A stretch of 63,016 nt of DNA, filler included, from Salisapilia sapeloensis CBS 127946 (GCA_023334545.1; 10 parts of 10 records of this genome joined end to end with filler, not necessarily neighbours in it); one strand, 5' to 3'; shown: positions 35,100 through 47,758, counted from the whole stretch's first letter. The notes: generated by a model not told the origin, from the sequence alone. Program-made: numbers and translations.

Positions 35100-35717
35100 A
35101 TGATTTCATCTCAAGTGATCCGAGAACTGAATACCGTACGCCGACTGCTCGACTATCTTCCACAAGCCCCTCGAACGGAGCATGGGTGGACTGTTAACGA
35201 GGAGCAGCGCTTTTGGGAAGCTCTTGATTTGTATCCTCAGGGACCGTGGACAGCAATTGCCGAGTATGTTGGCACTCGATCGACTCGACAGGCAATGACA
35301 CGGGGGCAGAAACTGAGGCAAAAGCTCATGCGATGGAGAGATCGACTTCAAACGCTCCCGATTACATCGCAAGTGTTGGAAGAGCTATCTCGTGATGACC
35401 GCTATGCGATTCCTCCTTTCCGTCCACCCACCTCGACGTTGGCAACGACGCCGCATCAGCCACAATGCCTTATGCCTATTCAACCAACTACCTCCGTTCA
35501 AGACGGCAATTCGTGTAATGATAAAATTGCTAGCGGAGAGTATAATCACACCAGCACCCTGGATTTCAATCAATGCTGCGTCCCGACATCGCCGGACGGT
35601 CCGAATGATCTATTCTATCCGGCAATCGACATGACGATCGAAATGACCGAGCTCGACATTCCCCTCGACACCATGCGTGCCTCGGAACTACAGGACCTCC
35701 TCCGTGTCTTTTTATAA
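35100..35717 (+). CDS. Single-repeat Myb/SANT transcription factor (SHAQKYF-class variant)
   Basis: GWTVNEEQRFWEALDLYPQGPWTAIAEYVGTRSTRQAMTRGQKLRQK. Confidence 0.85.
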   Translation: MISSQVIRELNTVRRLLDYLPQAPRTEHGWTVNEEQRFWEALDLYPQGPWTAIAEYVGTRSTRQAMTRGQKLRQKLMRWRDRLQTLPITSQVLEELSRDDRYAIPPFRPPTSTLATTPHQPQCLMPIQPTTSVQDGNSCNDKIASGEYNHTSTLDFNQCCVPTSPDGPNDLFYPAIDMTIEMTELDIPLDTMRASELQDLLRVFL

Positions 35718-35838
35718 TTTCTAGTATGCCTTATTGAATCGACGGCTTTCAAGCAGAAGTACCTTGAAGTGGTCGGTGAGATAGCTCTGGATAGTAATGA
35801 CGTAATCGAAATGAACTTCAAGTACAGTCGACATCTAT

Positions 35839-37887
35839 TTGCAGTCAGCGTCAAATGGCTTGCAGAAAAAAGACGTTTATATACAGCACTTCTTGCTTAC
35901 TACGCAGTCTCGTGCGCCCAATACTCTCATGGTCATTAGACCCCGACCACCCCCTGCTTTCATATGCGTCAAAGTAGTGACTTGCAGTCTTGCGCAGGGC
36001 AGTCAGACCGCGGATGACGTCGCTCGTCTCATCACAACTTTCCTGGACCCATCTCGGAGTCGTACACTAGCGCATGCAGCTGCCCTCGGCTCCCCATATC
36101 TACTCCAGCGCTGGCTCTTCTTCGTTAAACGCCATGTTCGTCATGGGGAGTGGGTGGACGCGATGGAGAGTGCAGCTACTCATGGACACTTCGAATCCCT
36201 CCACTGGCTTCGTGCCTTTCGGCTCGACCGCGTGATCCCGCGAGAGGCCTTAGATGCAGCTGCATCCATGGGTCATCATGCGATTGCAGAGTGGCTAAAT
36301 AGCGTTCGTCCTAACACCTTTAGCTACAAATCGTTTGATGAAGCAGCTCAAAACGGTCACTTGGTACTAGTGCAATGGTTACATTCTTTGGGCGTGGATG
36401 CAACTGAGAAAGCGATATCCAATGCAGCAAAAGGAGGTCACTTACATGTTGTGGAATGGCTGTTGGCACATCGGGTAGAAGGAAGCTGTAGGATTGCTAG
36501 TAAGGCTGCGTCAGGTGGGCACATGCACATTCTCAATTGGGTCGAGACGAACATGCCGGATGAATTGGTCTTATCGACTAGCCTTGCAGCAGCCAAACAT
36601 GGACAGACAGGTTCTTTGGATTGGCTGTTCACACGAGGATACCTGACATTGGACTCCAATACTATCAATCAGCTCATGAGTGTAGCCGGAGAGCATCACG
36701 CCGCTATACTAGACTGGCTTACTGCCAAACTCAATGCTACACCAAACATTCAACTGTCATCGCCATCCGTGGCGATACAACGAGTGTTCAAGAAAGGAGA
36801 TTTGAATACGCTGCAGTGGATGTGTGACCACATGCATAACGATAGCTGGAAGGATGCATTTTATACGCCATGTCTGCTCGCTGTTCAGAGCGTTCGTGAT
36901 GTCAACGTAGTGTTCTGGCTGTGGAATCGGCTCGTGCAGGACGGATGGGAAAAGAAAAGCATGCGTTCACCCGTGCTATACCACTTGGCGGCACAAGGAC
37001 TGCTGTCAGCATTCGACCAATTCTATCGGTTGTACCCTCCAGAAGAAACGATGCTGGAGTGTGCAGCCAAAGGAGGGAATTTGGACATGATCCGTTGGAC
37101 TTTTGAAAAACACCCATTCGAGTGCTCCTCTTATGTCATCAGTGTCGTAGCTCAGCTAGGACATTTGCCACTGTTGAAACGGATGACAGAATCTTCGGGA
37201 CTCAACTGCTCCAGTGAAGACCTGAGTCTTGTCGCCAAGAGTGGTCACGTCGATTGTCTTCGGTATTTGCATGAAGTACGAGGTGTTGCCCTCCCCCCGG
37301 ATGCATTGTACCAAGCTTGTGGAAGTGGACATTTGGAGATGATGAAGTATCTCTTTGAAAAGAGTTCATTGGAATGGACGAAAGCGCCCATGGATAACGC
37401 AGCAGCTCATGGACATTTGGAACTTGTCATTTGGCTTCATGAAAGAGGCGTAGCTTGCTCTACGCTAGCAATGGACATGGCAAGCACGCGCGGTGACTTG
37501 GATATTGTCCAATGGCTTCATACGTACAGGACCGAAGGGTGTACGACAGAGGCGATGGACGGTGCTGCTGGGTCGGGCTTTCTGGACGTTGTGAAATACC
37601 TACATGAGAATAGGTCGGAAGGAGCGACGTCACGAGCGATCACGCGTGCAGCAGCGAACAAGCATTTTGCCGTCGTAAAGTGGCTTCGCGTGCATCGTAG
37701 TGAAGGATACAGGATGCAAGACATTGCCGGAGCACCACGACACATCAAGTCGTGGCTTTTGAAGCACTACCCCGATCGGCACAGTTGTGGTGAATGCAGC
37801 TCCGATGGAGCACCTGGGGCATCAACGCGCAATCAGAGGACGGATGCTTTTAGTCGAATGAACGGAGAAGGTGAATCTGAGCTGTAG
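35839..37887 (+). CDS. Ankyrin-repeat protein (expanded oomycete family)
   Basis: Many AA..GHL.VV.WLH and AMD.AA..G.LD.V.WLH repeats. True start probably downstream of the ORF start. Confidence 0.9.
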   Translation: MQSASNGLQKKDVYIQHFLLTTQSRAPNTLMVIRPRPPPAFICVKVVTCSLAQGSQTADDVARLITTFLDPSRSRTLAHAAALGSPYLLQRWLFFVKRHVRHGEWVDAMESAATHGHFESLHWLRAFRLDRVIPREALDAAASMGHHAIAEWLNSVRPNTFSYKSFDEAAQNGHLVLVQWLHSLGVDATEKAISNAAKGGHLHVVEWLLAHRVEGSCRIASKAASGGHMHILNWVETNMPDELVLSTSLAAAKHGQTGSLDWLFTRGYLTLDSNTINQLMSVAGEHHAAILDWLTAKLNATPNIQLSSPSVAIQRVFKKGDLNTLQWMCDHMHNDSWKDAFYTPCLLAVQSVRDVNVVFWLWNRLVQDGWEKKSMRSPVLYHLAAQGLLSAFDQFYRLYPPEETMLECAAKGGNLDMIRWTFEKHPFECSSYVISVVAQLGHLPLLKRMTESSGLNCSSEDLSLVAKSGHVDCLRYLHEVRGVALPPDALYQACGSGHLEMMKYLFEKSSLEWTKAPMDNAAAHGHLELVIWLHERGVACSTLAMDMASTRGDLDIVQWLHTYRTEGCTTEAMDGAAGSGFLDVVKYLHENRSEGATSRAITRAAANKHFAVVKWLRVHRSEGYRMQDIAGAPRHIKSWLLKHYPDRHSCGECSSDGAPGASTRNQRTDAFSRMNGEGESEL

Positions 37888-38236
37888 CCTTGATAAAGAT
37901 TGGTAGCCTCTGGATAAGGCCACCTGAAATCAAGAATTGAGTTTATTTGTATGTGGATAAGACGAAAAGTGAAAAATGAAAATCTGACCTTGATGTACTT
38001 GTGTTGATATATAAATGTTTTCAATTGCGATGGATATCTATCGAATGTCTTGGTACCAAATGGATGGACCTAGACAATCTAAGAGCGATTCTCGCGTCAT
38101 TTACAGCGTACGGAAATCTACATGTCCAAGTATCCAATGGCAAGCGCAACTTCAAACTCCAGTCTTCGAACGACCTTCCGGCAACCTCATGTCGACCAAT
38201 TCCGGCCAACGAATACTCAAATCGCACTTTTGTACC

Positions 38237-39803
38237 ATGTCGAAGCGGAAGGCAGAGCGGACGAAGCCGTCAAAAGGTACGGTAGCTTACTTTTTCGTTC
38301 ACTTTACTCTTATACATCTATAGAGCCTATTGCTGACATTTTGTATCGTTTGACATTACAGAGGAGGAAGATTTGGCTCAGCAGCTCTTCCAGTCCACGA
38401 GGACTACTAAGAAAACAGCGACTGAGACTGGGAATGATAACGAAGGCAACCTTCCAAAGCCTGCATGGGTAGATGACGATGATGCGGACCTAGAGATTAA
38501 TCTCGAAGACCGCAGTCGTCTTCGAAAGCTCCGCAAAACAGAAGAAGACGTCGCAGTCGGTGGAGACGAGTACCAGCAACGCCTCAAGAATGTGTAAGAC
38601 AGTACTTGCATTCAGTAAACTCTATGCATATCACTCACAACATGCACATATCGCAGTTTTAAAGCAAACCAAGGCACGGTATCATGGGCAGACCCGAAAA
38701 ACTTCATGTCAGAAGGCACTGGCCGGACGGACGACGCTTCTGACAGTGACTCGGACGATGAGGAGGCTATCATGAGTGAAGACCAAGTCATCAGAAGTAC
38801 GTCGAACATGCTGGATGGCTCCACTTCCCTCCTACCCCCGGGAGAGCTTGAAGTTTGCCGAGTCAAAGATGCCAACCAGCACTCTCCCTCCAATGCTGTC
38901 ATCCAGTCCACGCAATTCCATCCGAATGGCCAGCTTCTCTTAACAGCCGCACTGGACAAGAAGCTCAACCTTTTCCAAATTGACGGATCGGAGAATCGAA
39001 GTGTCGAAAGTGTGTTTCTAAAGGACTTGCCGATGACGGACGCCAAGTTTACCCTGGGTGGCTCACGCATCGTCATGACTGGTCCTCGGTCATACTACTT
39101 TTCGTACGACCTGGAAGCTGGACGTGTGTCCAAGATCCCAGGTCTTGGCGTCCGGAAAGAGAAGAAGCTGCAGCAGTTGGAGGTGTCATCCTCTGGTGAG
39201 CAGCTGGCGATGCTCGGCAGTAGTGGCTTTATCAATCTTGTATCCGCAAAGGCATACACATCCATTGGTAGTCTCAAGATGAATGGCGCGGTCAACGCGG
39301 CATCCTTTACCAGTGACGACAAGTACCTTTTGAGCACAGGTTCCGACGGCCAGGTATACACGTGGGACTTACGCACGCACAAGTGTCTGTCTGTGCAGCA
39401 GGACGAAGGCAGCCTAGGGACACACGCGTTGGCTGTCAGTGGTGACAACAAGTACTACGCGACAGGCTCCGAAAGTGGTGTGGTCAATGTGTATGACAGA
39501 TCCAAGGTCGGATCGGGTGCCACTACGCCGACAAAGGCGCTCATGCAGCTGACGACGAAAACAGACTTGCTCAAGTTTAACAAAGACTCACAGATCCTCG
39601 CGATGGCGTCTGGGGAGTCGAAAGACGCGTTGAAGATGGTGCATGTGCCTTCCATGACGGTCTTTGCCAATTGGCCAACGGTCCGAACGCCTTTGCAGTA
39701 TGTGTCGGCAATGGACTTTAGTCCGAGCAGTGGATACTTTGCCTGTGGTAACGCACGTGGCCGTGTCTTGCTATACCGACTTACGCATTACAACACGACT
39801 TAA
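38237..39803 (+). CDS. UTP18: U3 snoRNA-associated protein 18 (WD40), two introns
   Basis: PAWVDDDD, RSRLRKLR, VKDANQ, FHPNGQLLLTAALDK.L.LFQIDG..N and VFANWP...TPL motifs. ATG at 38237 with in-phase introns. Confidence 0.92.
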
Positions 39804-39949
39804 GGCAGTAATAGAGCAATTGATTTGTGTTTTCTTTCTAGCTTGTCGACGAGTTATACGTATGCAACAGAGTCAGTTGGTGAACTTTGGATGTAACAGA
39901 GTCGAATGTCCGGTCCGCTTCTCGCTCCAGTCCTACCACAAAATGAATC

Positions 39950-42005
39950 ACCTAGAAAGTATAGGAACTTTCGAACTCCAGCTTACCTGTACCAGTGCGA
40001 CGGTGGGGTGCAACCTGACTTTTGTTCTGTAGGTTCCTGGTATCTACTTGATCAGTTGTAGTCTTGGCATCTTGGCGATAACTGTTGCGACGATGCTGTC
40101 ACAAACTATCGTTCAAGTCATGCATTTAGATGAATGAGTGACAAAGTTTACCTCATAAGCTTTCGTAGGCTTCTGGAATCGAGGTAGGTATAGATCAGAA
40201 TCATCATGAGATGTAAGCGGGTGTTCCAACTGGTAGCGAAGTGCATTCATAGCAGCACGTGTCTTCATCGAATTTGGCTATGATGAAAATTATTACACTA
40301 TTGTATAATTCATCCTCAGCGGGAGGTATCATACCTTTTGTGCCCCACCCTTATACGTCACCTGCAGGTTTTCTGATAATGGTGTTCTCTACGAAAAGTT
40401 CGACACATATCAACCTTGGTACGTGCAAGTAGGTTACGTCATGCCAGCTTACCCGAGTGTCGGTCTCAGACTCCAAATTTCGGACGGTTTCATCCAAAAT
40501 ATCTTCGATGCCAACCCCTGTCAAGAACGTCGAGTCCAAGTTATCAAAAGCTACGAAGAGCTATAAGTAACTCGTAATTCTATTAGTCAGAATATCCGCC
40601 AAAGCTTACATTTCACCATGGGCTTGAGCACGAGGTCCTACATTCCAACAATACGAACATAAGTTTAAGTGATACTAAGGTTTGACTTAGATATACCTGT
40701 TGTCGCTCTTCCTCTACCCTGGATATCGTCTCCTCACTTGGTTTCATTGCAAAAGGTTCTTTTGATGGTGCCTCAGTCGGTAGTAATTTAAAGATCTCCA
40801 CCGCGTCGTACGGCATTGCTGCATGAGGTTTCCGCTTCTTTGTGGATGGGTACGCTGCTTCAACTATAATCTCTTTTTCATACTCTTCAATCCTCTCCGT
40901 TAGTGTCGGAAATGGATCGTACATGAGCTTGGACTGGTCATAGGAACTGACAGCAGGGTGTGCGACCGGATTTCCGTACAGCATTAGTTTCTGTAGTGAC
41001 CGCAATTCGCTCACATACACAACTGCATGCTCCTTGCTTATCATATTATACGACAAGTTCAGTGTAAGAAGATGATAGAATCCCGATCCGCGCTTTCCAT
41101 CCAATGTCACAGCCGCCTACATCTTAGCGTATCAAAATGCTGTCATTCACCGGAAGTTTAGCATGCTAAAGTTACCTCTGGAAAATTCTTTAGTTTGTTA
41201 TGACTTAAGTCAAGGTGGCGTAGTCGTGGCATTTGGGCTAAGAACGAAAAGTTTTCGTCTCCACTAAGCCGGTTGTGCTCTAGAGAAAGCACTTCAAGCC
41301 GAGAGAAGTTGTCCAAGCCCGGGGGAAGAGATCGGATCCAGTTATTGGCGAGATACAGCTCTCGGATGCGCAATAGTTTGGATAATTCTTCCACATCTAC
41401 TGTTGTCAAGCAATTGTAGGACAAGTTGAGCACCTATAGCTAGCGATTAGCTGCGACAACCTTCTACTAGCAGATAAGAGTATGCCTCTAGCAGTTGGTA
41501 TCCTCCGTGAATTTGAAGATTTTCAAGTGCATTGCATTGGAAATCCAAGTCTGTCAATGCTGGAAGGCAGCTAAATGCTTCAAATGGAGCCTAAGGATAT
41601 ATCAATGTGTAAACATCAAGCAGTGACGAGGTGATCCGATTATATGGAGTACCTCCTGACCTCGTTATCACTCATGTCCATCCGCTTGAGATTGGTAAAA
41701 AAGAGCAAGTCTTCTTCCACCACATTCTTGATGCCTAAGCCGGACAATGAGACCGATACAACTTCATCCGGAAACTCCTCTACGACTATGGGTCAAGCGA
41801 AGTGTAAGCTAGTAGACATGAACCGAGTACCTCGACATTGGTCCAGCAGTAGAAACCCATCCAATGTTCTCCCAGTCCACGGCATTCTCCCAGTCTCAGA
41901 CCTTTGATTCATTTGAGAAGAGGTAGATGCAGTGCCTCTCGAATGGATTGATCGGGACGTCTGGAGACGCTTCTGACTCAACATTTTACTTTTCTCCCAA
42001 CTCAA
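39950..42005 (-). CDS. Multi-exon leucine-rich-repeat protein, XRRA1-like
   Basis: LNLSYNCLT..DVEELSKL.RIRELYLANNWIRSLP and LNLSYNMISKEHAVV....L.KLMLYGNP in successive short ORFs. 3' end approximate. Confidence 0.6.
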
Positions 42006-42111
42006 CGACTTACTCTAAAAATAAACCTTATAAATCGTGCAAACAAGGCTGCTTTCTCTTTTGTTTTCAAGCAAAATATACCTAGGCAAAAGGATTCTTT
42101 CATCTGGGCGT

Positions 42112-43087
42112 TTATGCAAATTTATCAATAAGCTTCCAGATGATCACGGCCAGGAGCGCGACGATGACAAAGTAGAGGACGAGGATCTTCCAAAAGGCTT
42201 TACGCTTAAGGTTCGCCAAGTGGTATCCAGCCTCCTTGGTATCGTTGCGTGTTGTGTCGACCTGATTGCCAGTTGTTAATACTGTCTCAATACATAAAAA
42301 GAATACAAGTGTACATTATCACGGACGCCATCGAGCTGCTCGCGCTGGTCTGCCAGCATATTGCGGGTATTATTAGCGTAGTTGGTCGCCTGGTGCATGT
42401 GGGACTGTGCTTCTTCCAAATGCTGCCCGGTTCTATCATACAGGTAAGACATAGTGGTGGTTGAGATGTCAGCAATCAACGTACCGGTCGATTCGCTCTT
42501 GCTGTCGAACCATATCGTCTCTCTAGCCATTTTAAATATACGGTGGGTCACGTGGAATGACTGTAACAAAAACATGTACGTACCACATTGCCATCTTTTG
42601 GACGGTCTTCCAGCCGCTGCTGACTGTCTGCAACGAGCTGTGTCTTCTCCAACTTGGACTTGAGCTTATCCATGTGAGACTTGTACTGCCGAAGCTGTAT
42701 TTCCATAGTTATAACTTCAGTTGAATGGATAGTAGCGTAGGAAGTGCATACCTGTTGGTGCATTTTACGGCGCTCCTGAGAGTTCCCTGCCTTAGACTCA
42801 CTCTCGAGAATTCGGTACTAGCATAGTAAAAGATAAGGCTACTGCTAAAGCAAGGCATGCATAGCAACGTACGTATCGTTCTGCCTCGGACAAGTTGTTT
42901 TGGGCGCTCTCGAGCTTCTCATCTCTCTCTCCTACAAGTCACTCGCCACGTCAGTGCCAATACGTTCCCAAGAGTATAAGAGCCATATACGTTTCGAAGA
43001 AGCTTTGGCAGCAGCATTCAATTCTTCATTCACATCATCCCGATACTGTTCAAAGTCTTCGCTGTACTCGACGAACGTGTCCGTCAT
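42112..43087 (-). CDS. VTI1: Qb-SNARE, Vti1-like, multi-exon
   Basis: Hand-spliced: MTDTFVEYSEDFEQY...AQNNLSEAERY.RILESE...QLRQYKSHMDKLK...DRTGQHLEEAQ...LADQREQL...KRKAFWKILVLYFVIVALLAVIIWKLIDKFA* with a C-terminal TM anchor. Confidence 0.75.
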
Positions 43088-43240
43088 GGCTTATATCGTC
43101 TTCTCAGAAAAGAACTGAATTGTTGTCCAGTTGGTACCTCCTGGTACACGTCAGCCGAAAGAAAAGAAATCCAAACAAAAGAAAAGTCTGTCCAACGCAC
43201 TTCTATCCAAAGAAAAGAAAATCAACCACTCTCTTTCTTT

Positions 43241-45646
43241 CTACAGACACACTTCGTCCTCGTTGTCGCCAGCACCCGCGTACTCGTCGGTAAACAAAGA
43301 GTCTCGCAGGAAACTCGAGTCTCGCAAAGAGCTCGGTCGGTCGCTTATCGACATCAAAGACTGATTGGACCACGACCCAGACAAGTCGCTCCGTCTGCTC
43401 ATGCTGTCACGGAAGTTGTATCGGAACGTCCCGTCAATCTCGTCGTCGCTCTCTTCATCCACCTCTGACCTCACCGCCAGTCCTTCGCCATTATGATCTC
43501 GATCCTCGTCAAAGAACAGGTGCTCCCAGCACTCTTGACAGAACAGTCGCTTCTTCCCTCCTTCAGTCACATCCGCCAACTCCTGCGTCCGTTTTCCACA
43601 TTGAGCGCAGGCATAGTCCTCCTCCATCAACGTTGCCCGTTGGAATTTACTCGTGTTTTCCTCTGGCAGTTCCGGAAGGTTGCCCATACCGATATGCGAA
43701 TGTCGTTCGAACTGCGCTTCCATCTCAAGGCTCGTGAGAATCTCCTGGATCTCATCCATCATGTTCTTCTTTAGCAGAAGGACGCCAACAGGTTTATCCC
43801 GAATCACGTCGTGAACGTCATACACATTGCCATAAGCAGACTGGACGATCGGATGGTCTAAAGACGATTCTTCTTCCTCGTCGGAGCTCGACAGTCGGTC
43901 CTCCTCCTCCTCCTCTACATGCACCAAACTCTGTCTTTCTGCTTCGCTCGGTTCTCTCCTTTCCACCGAATCTCGCTCCTTGCTCTCTTCCTGATCATCT
44001 GGATGGAGGTAGTTGCTCGCAGCGTCGTCTGCCTCTTGCTCCGACTCTCGGACCGACGCGTCGTCCAAGATCTCTGCGTCTGTCGTCAACCCACCGACGG
44101 AAGACATGTAGTCATCCAGAGGATAGAACGACCCGGAGCCTTCATCCAGATCCACCTTGTCTGGCTCCAACTCTATCATCTTGTCTTCCACCTGCACAAA
44201 CCCGTCACTCTTCCCACTGACACGAACATCTTTCTCTACATCCTGACTCTTTCCACTCGCATGGTGGTCGTTCTCCAAGTCCTGACTCTTTGCACTAGCA
44301 CGTGGTCCCTTGTCCGATTGGAAACTGTAGGCCAAATAGTTGCTACGTTTCGAAGACGTCGACTGAGACCGCTCTTGCATGCTCTTGGCGACACACGTAC
44401 GGGCAAAGACAATGAGCATGCGAGCTTCATTCGACCCTGGTTCCATCGACATGACGCTCTTGCCTGCAAACTCACACTCTTCCACTGGTCTACCTTGTGT
44501 GTACGCCACCACCTCCCTCGCCTCCTCCAATGTCATGTCCGGACGGACACTCCCGTTGGATGTGATGGACGATTCGCGCGTGGAGCTCGAGAAAGAGTAC
44601 GTCTGACGACGAGACATGATGTCGTCACTAGTGGAGCGAGTAAAGTCGACGGGAGTGAAGTGGGCTGTGCCGTGCGACTCGCTCAGTTTCTCCTCTGTCG
44701 ATCGATTGAAAGACTTGGATGTGCTGTCCACTTCCCACACATACGGCAGACGGCCGGATGCAGATGAGTCGAAACGAGGGCGAGCACTGCCTTGGACGAC
44801 GAGCTGCTTGTCCTCATGCACGAGGTCTTTGGACGTGAGCTTGCTACTTGTACGTGGCCGCGCGAAGGCCGTAAAGGACGGTGCGCGAGTCTGATTGGCG
44901 TTTTCGATGCGGTTGGAAGAGGCATGGAAGCGCAGGACGACGGGCTTGTCGATGACGAGAAGCCATCGAAGCACGCGCTCGACACCGAGCTGCTTGGTTT
45001 TCTCCCCGTTGATCGCGATCAAGACATCGTTCACACATACTTTATCCATGTTCCGACCCGAGCCACGCTGCTTCGCGATGAACTCGACGCACGGGACGTT
45101 CACTTTATTACTGTATGACCGAAAACTAATTCCGAGACTTCCGTCGTCCCACACGGCTGTATACTGCTTATTGAGCTTCCGTTGGTCCGACTCACTGAGC
45201 TTGGGTTCCTTCTTCGTCTTCGTCTTCGTCTTTTTCTTTTTCTTTTTCTTGTCCTTTTCACCCTGCTTGCGTCGAAGCTTATGTCGATAATCACTGGATA
45301 AAGATGCAAATACATCATCTTCGAACGGAGCACGAAAGTGGAGGATGACAGGGAGACGCTCTTGGAATAAAGACCGAACGACTTTGGCGTACATTTGCTG
45401 TGACGTCTTCTTCCCGTTCACACTCACGAGCATGTCCCCAGCACGCACGCCAGCCACACTCGCAGCAGAGCTCTCTGGTAGCACGTGTGCGACCACAGGT
45501 GGCATATCCGGACCCAATGCCGGCCGGAAGACGAGGCCTAGTGGTCCTGCATTCCAATTAATCAAATAGTCCGGACGCTCCTGTGCTTCCTCCTTTACGG
45601 ACTGCTTCGTGCGAGCATTGCTGGCCGAACGCGTACGGGATGCCAT
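43241..45646 (-). CDS. Protein with two PDZ-like domains and a C-terminal CxxC...CxxC module
   Basis: AGPLGLVF...AGVRAGDMLVSVNG and GSLGISF...VNDVLIAING; CAQCG...FCQECW near the C-terminus. Confidence 0.75.
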   Translation of the reverse strand: MASRTRSASNARTKQSVKEEAQERPDYLINWNAGPLGLVFRPALGPDMPPVVAHVLPESSAASVAGVRAGDMLVSVNGKKTSQQMYAKVVRSLFQERLPVILHFRAPFEDDVFASLSSDYRHKLRRKQGEKDKKKKKKKTKTKTKKEPKLSESDQRKLNKQYTAVWDDGSLGISFRSYSNKVNVPCVEFIAKQRGSGRNMDKVCVNDVLIAINGEKTKQLGVERVLRWLLVIDKPVVLRFHASSNRIENANQTRAPSFTAFARPRTSSKLTSKDLVHEDKQLVVQGSARPRFDSSASGRLPYVWEVDSTSKSFNRSTEEKLSESHGTAHFTPVDFTRSTSDDIMSRRQTYSFSSSTRESSITSNGSVRPDMTLEEAREVVAYTQGRPVEECEFAGKSVMSMEPGSNEARMLIVFARTCVAKSMQERSQSTSSKRSNYLAYSFQSDKGPRASAKSQDLENDHHASGKSQDVEKDVRVSGKSDGFVQVEDKMIELEPDKVDLDEGSGSFYPLDDYMSSVGGLTTDAEILDDASVRESEQEADDAASNYLHPDDQEESKERDSVERREPSEAERQSLVHVEEEEEDRLSSSDEEEESSLDHPIVQSAYGNVYDVHDVIRDKPVGVLLLKKNMMDEIQEILTSLEMEAQFERHSHIGMGNLPELPEENTSKFQRATLMEEDYACAQCGKRTQELADVTEGGKKRLFCQECWEHLFFDEDRDHNGEGLAVRSEVDEESDDEIDGTFRYNFRDSMSRRSDLSGSWSNQSLMSISDRPSSLRDSSFLRDSLFTDEYAGAGDNEDEVCL

Positions 45647-46013
45647 CGGTAGTCACTTCTAATGAGGTCAAGTGATGCAAACTGGTCCTATACGGATGCG
45701 ATGGACAACGAGGACTGCTGGTGTCTCGAGCCGTCTCTTTATCTACTTGACGTAACGGAGTTGTGTGTCACTTCGATACAAAACTCAAGTCAAAAGGGCA
45801 TCCTCCGATGGTGCTGTCAACAGTCGTTCGCGAGAGGCGGAGAAAGACGAATAAGAGGCACAATAATGTGCTCGGCCCTGGTCCTCCTATTGGATGCTCG
45901 CGTTAGTCACTCGCCGACATCCTGGTCGGATACGCTGGAACTACGGGGGGACAATCACGCTTGTGAAAAGGTACGATAGCTAGTACTGGGAATCTAGACG
46001 AAGCGTCCGTTTC

Positions 46014-47758
46014 ATGCTTGCTCCTAGTGCCGCCAGTATCGTTTCTCGTCCGTCCCATGCGAAACGGCCAATACAGATGATATTGACGCGGTTACTTGCT
46101 ACCGAGTCTCGTGGGAACCATCTTTGTATGAACAGCTTAGTCTATGGCAGTCGCCTACGGCGACCTTCTCGCTCCAGCTTCTCGAAGAGACTAAAGACTC
46201 GACTTTTCGAGCGCTTTGGCGTAGTGATGCAGTCTCCCTTACCTCCGACACCACCTATTCCGTGAACGTATCTTCCGGGTTAAGTGGTTCAGCCGCTGTT
46301 TCGATCACCGAGAAGACAGCAAACCGTCGCACACCGGAAGAGTTCGTGGCAGACGTCGCATGTGGCCTATTCATGTCCATCGTTCTCTACCATCTCTATC
46401 GTCGAGCACCCAACGCTCGTCCCCAAACGCACTCCTTTTCCACTCCGTCCAATCGTCAGCGACTGCTTCCTGCTAATGAAATGCCTCGATCGTCCCGTTT
46501 CCTGGCCTTGGATGTCTTTCGAGGACTGACAATTGCTTTCATGATCTTTTGTAACTACGGTGGTGGGGGCCTATCTCCTTTCCAGCACAGTGCCTGGAAC
46601 GGATTAACCGTGGCGGACATTCTCTTCCCATGGTTCGCGTTCATCATGGGCTTCAGTCACTTCCTTGCATCCAACTCGCATCCGTTTCAACTGTCCAAAA
46701 CACTTCTTCGGTCCACCAAACTCTTTTGTCTTGGACTGGTCATTAATACGAGAAACTTGACTAGCTGGGTCATGGCACGTATACCTGGCGTGTTGCAGGC
46801 TCTTGCCATCGCCTATCTACTCGTTTCGATCGTCACGCACATACTCAACGATCGAGTTTCACCGAATAGAAGCATACAAAAAGCCCTTCAAGTGCATATT
46901 CTCCTAGGATTCGTTCCTATGCTCACCATCAATCTCCTGCTCACCTTTGTTCTGCCTGTTCCTGGATGCCCAACAGGCTACATCGGTCCTGGTGGCGTGT
47001 CCGACCACGGACTTCACTATTTTTGTACTGGAGGCGCACATCTATACCTAGATGAGAAAGTGTTCGGGAGAAAGCACATCTACCAGCATCCAACCGTACA
47101 GAAAGTGTACATGACCGGACCGTATGATCCAGAAGGCTTGTTGAATTGGCTCATGGTCGCGGCAACGGCATATATCGGATACATCTGCGCCATGGGTATG
47201 AATAGTGCGAGGTCAGCGACTGGTCAAGCCAAGTGGCTCATCGGCATTGGCAGTGGGCTCTTAATCACTGCAGCAATCGTTGCTGCTTGGTGGATTCCTA
47301 TCAACAAGAACCTGTGGTCTCTGTCGTATGTACTGACGACAAGTGGACTGGCGTGCTTGGTGCTGGAAATGCTGTGGGTATCAGTGGACAGTCCGAGACA
47401 GTGCTGGTCAGGCTATCCATTTGCTTCCTTGGGCAAGAACGCCATCTTGATCTACGTTCTGGTGCGTAGTCTACTTGTATCTATTGTGGACTTGATGATA
47501 CTGATATGACCGATATCGCAGCATGAGATTTGCCATGACTTTGCGCCGTTTATGCTTCCGCCTGGGCGCATTGGAGAGATTGTACCGAAAGGGGAGATGG
47601 TGCTCTTTAATTCGACTGCAGCCTTGTGGTACGTTGAGTCATCTGCCATACGCAACACCTATCGAGCTTACATTGTGACCGCCGCTTGCGTGATTGATTG
47701 TAGGTGGATCTTTGTTGCAGTTTGGCTGCACGCGCGTGAGCTTTTTGTCCGAGTTTGA
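46014..47758 (+). CDS. HGSNAT: Heparan-alpha-glucosaminide N-acetyltransferase (HGSNAT)-like, spliced
   Basis: RFLALDVFRG.TIAFMIFCNYGGG, HSAWNGLTVAD..FPWF.FIMG, RIPGVLQ, DPEGLL and PINKNLWSLSY motifs. Last exons end HARELFVRV*. Start uncertain. Confidence 0.88.
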
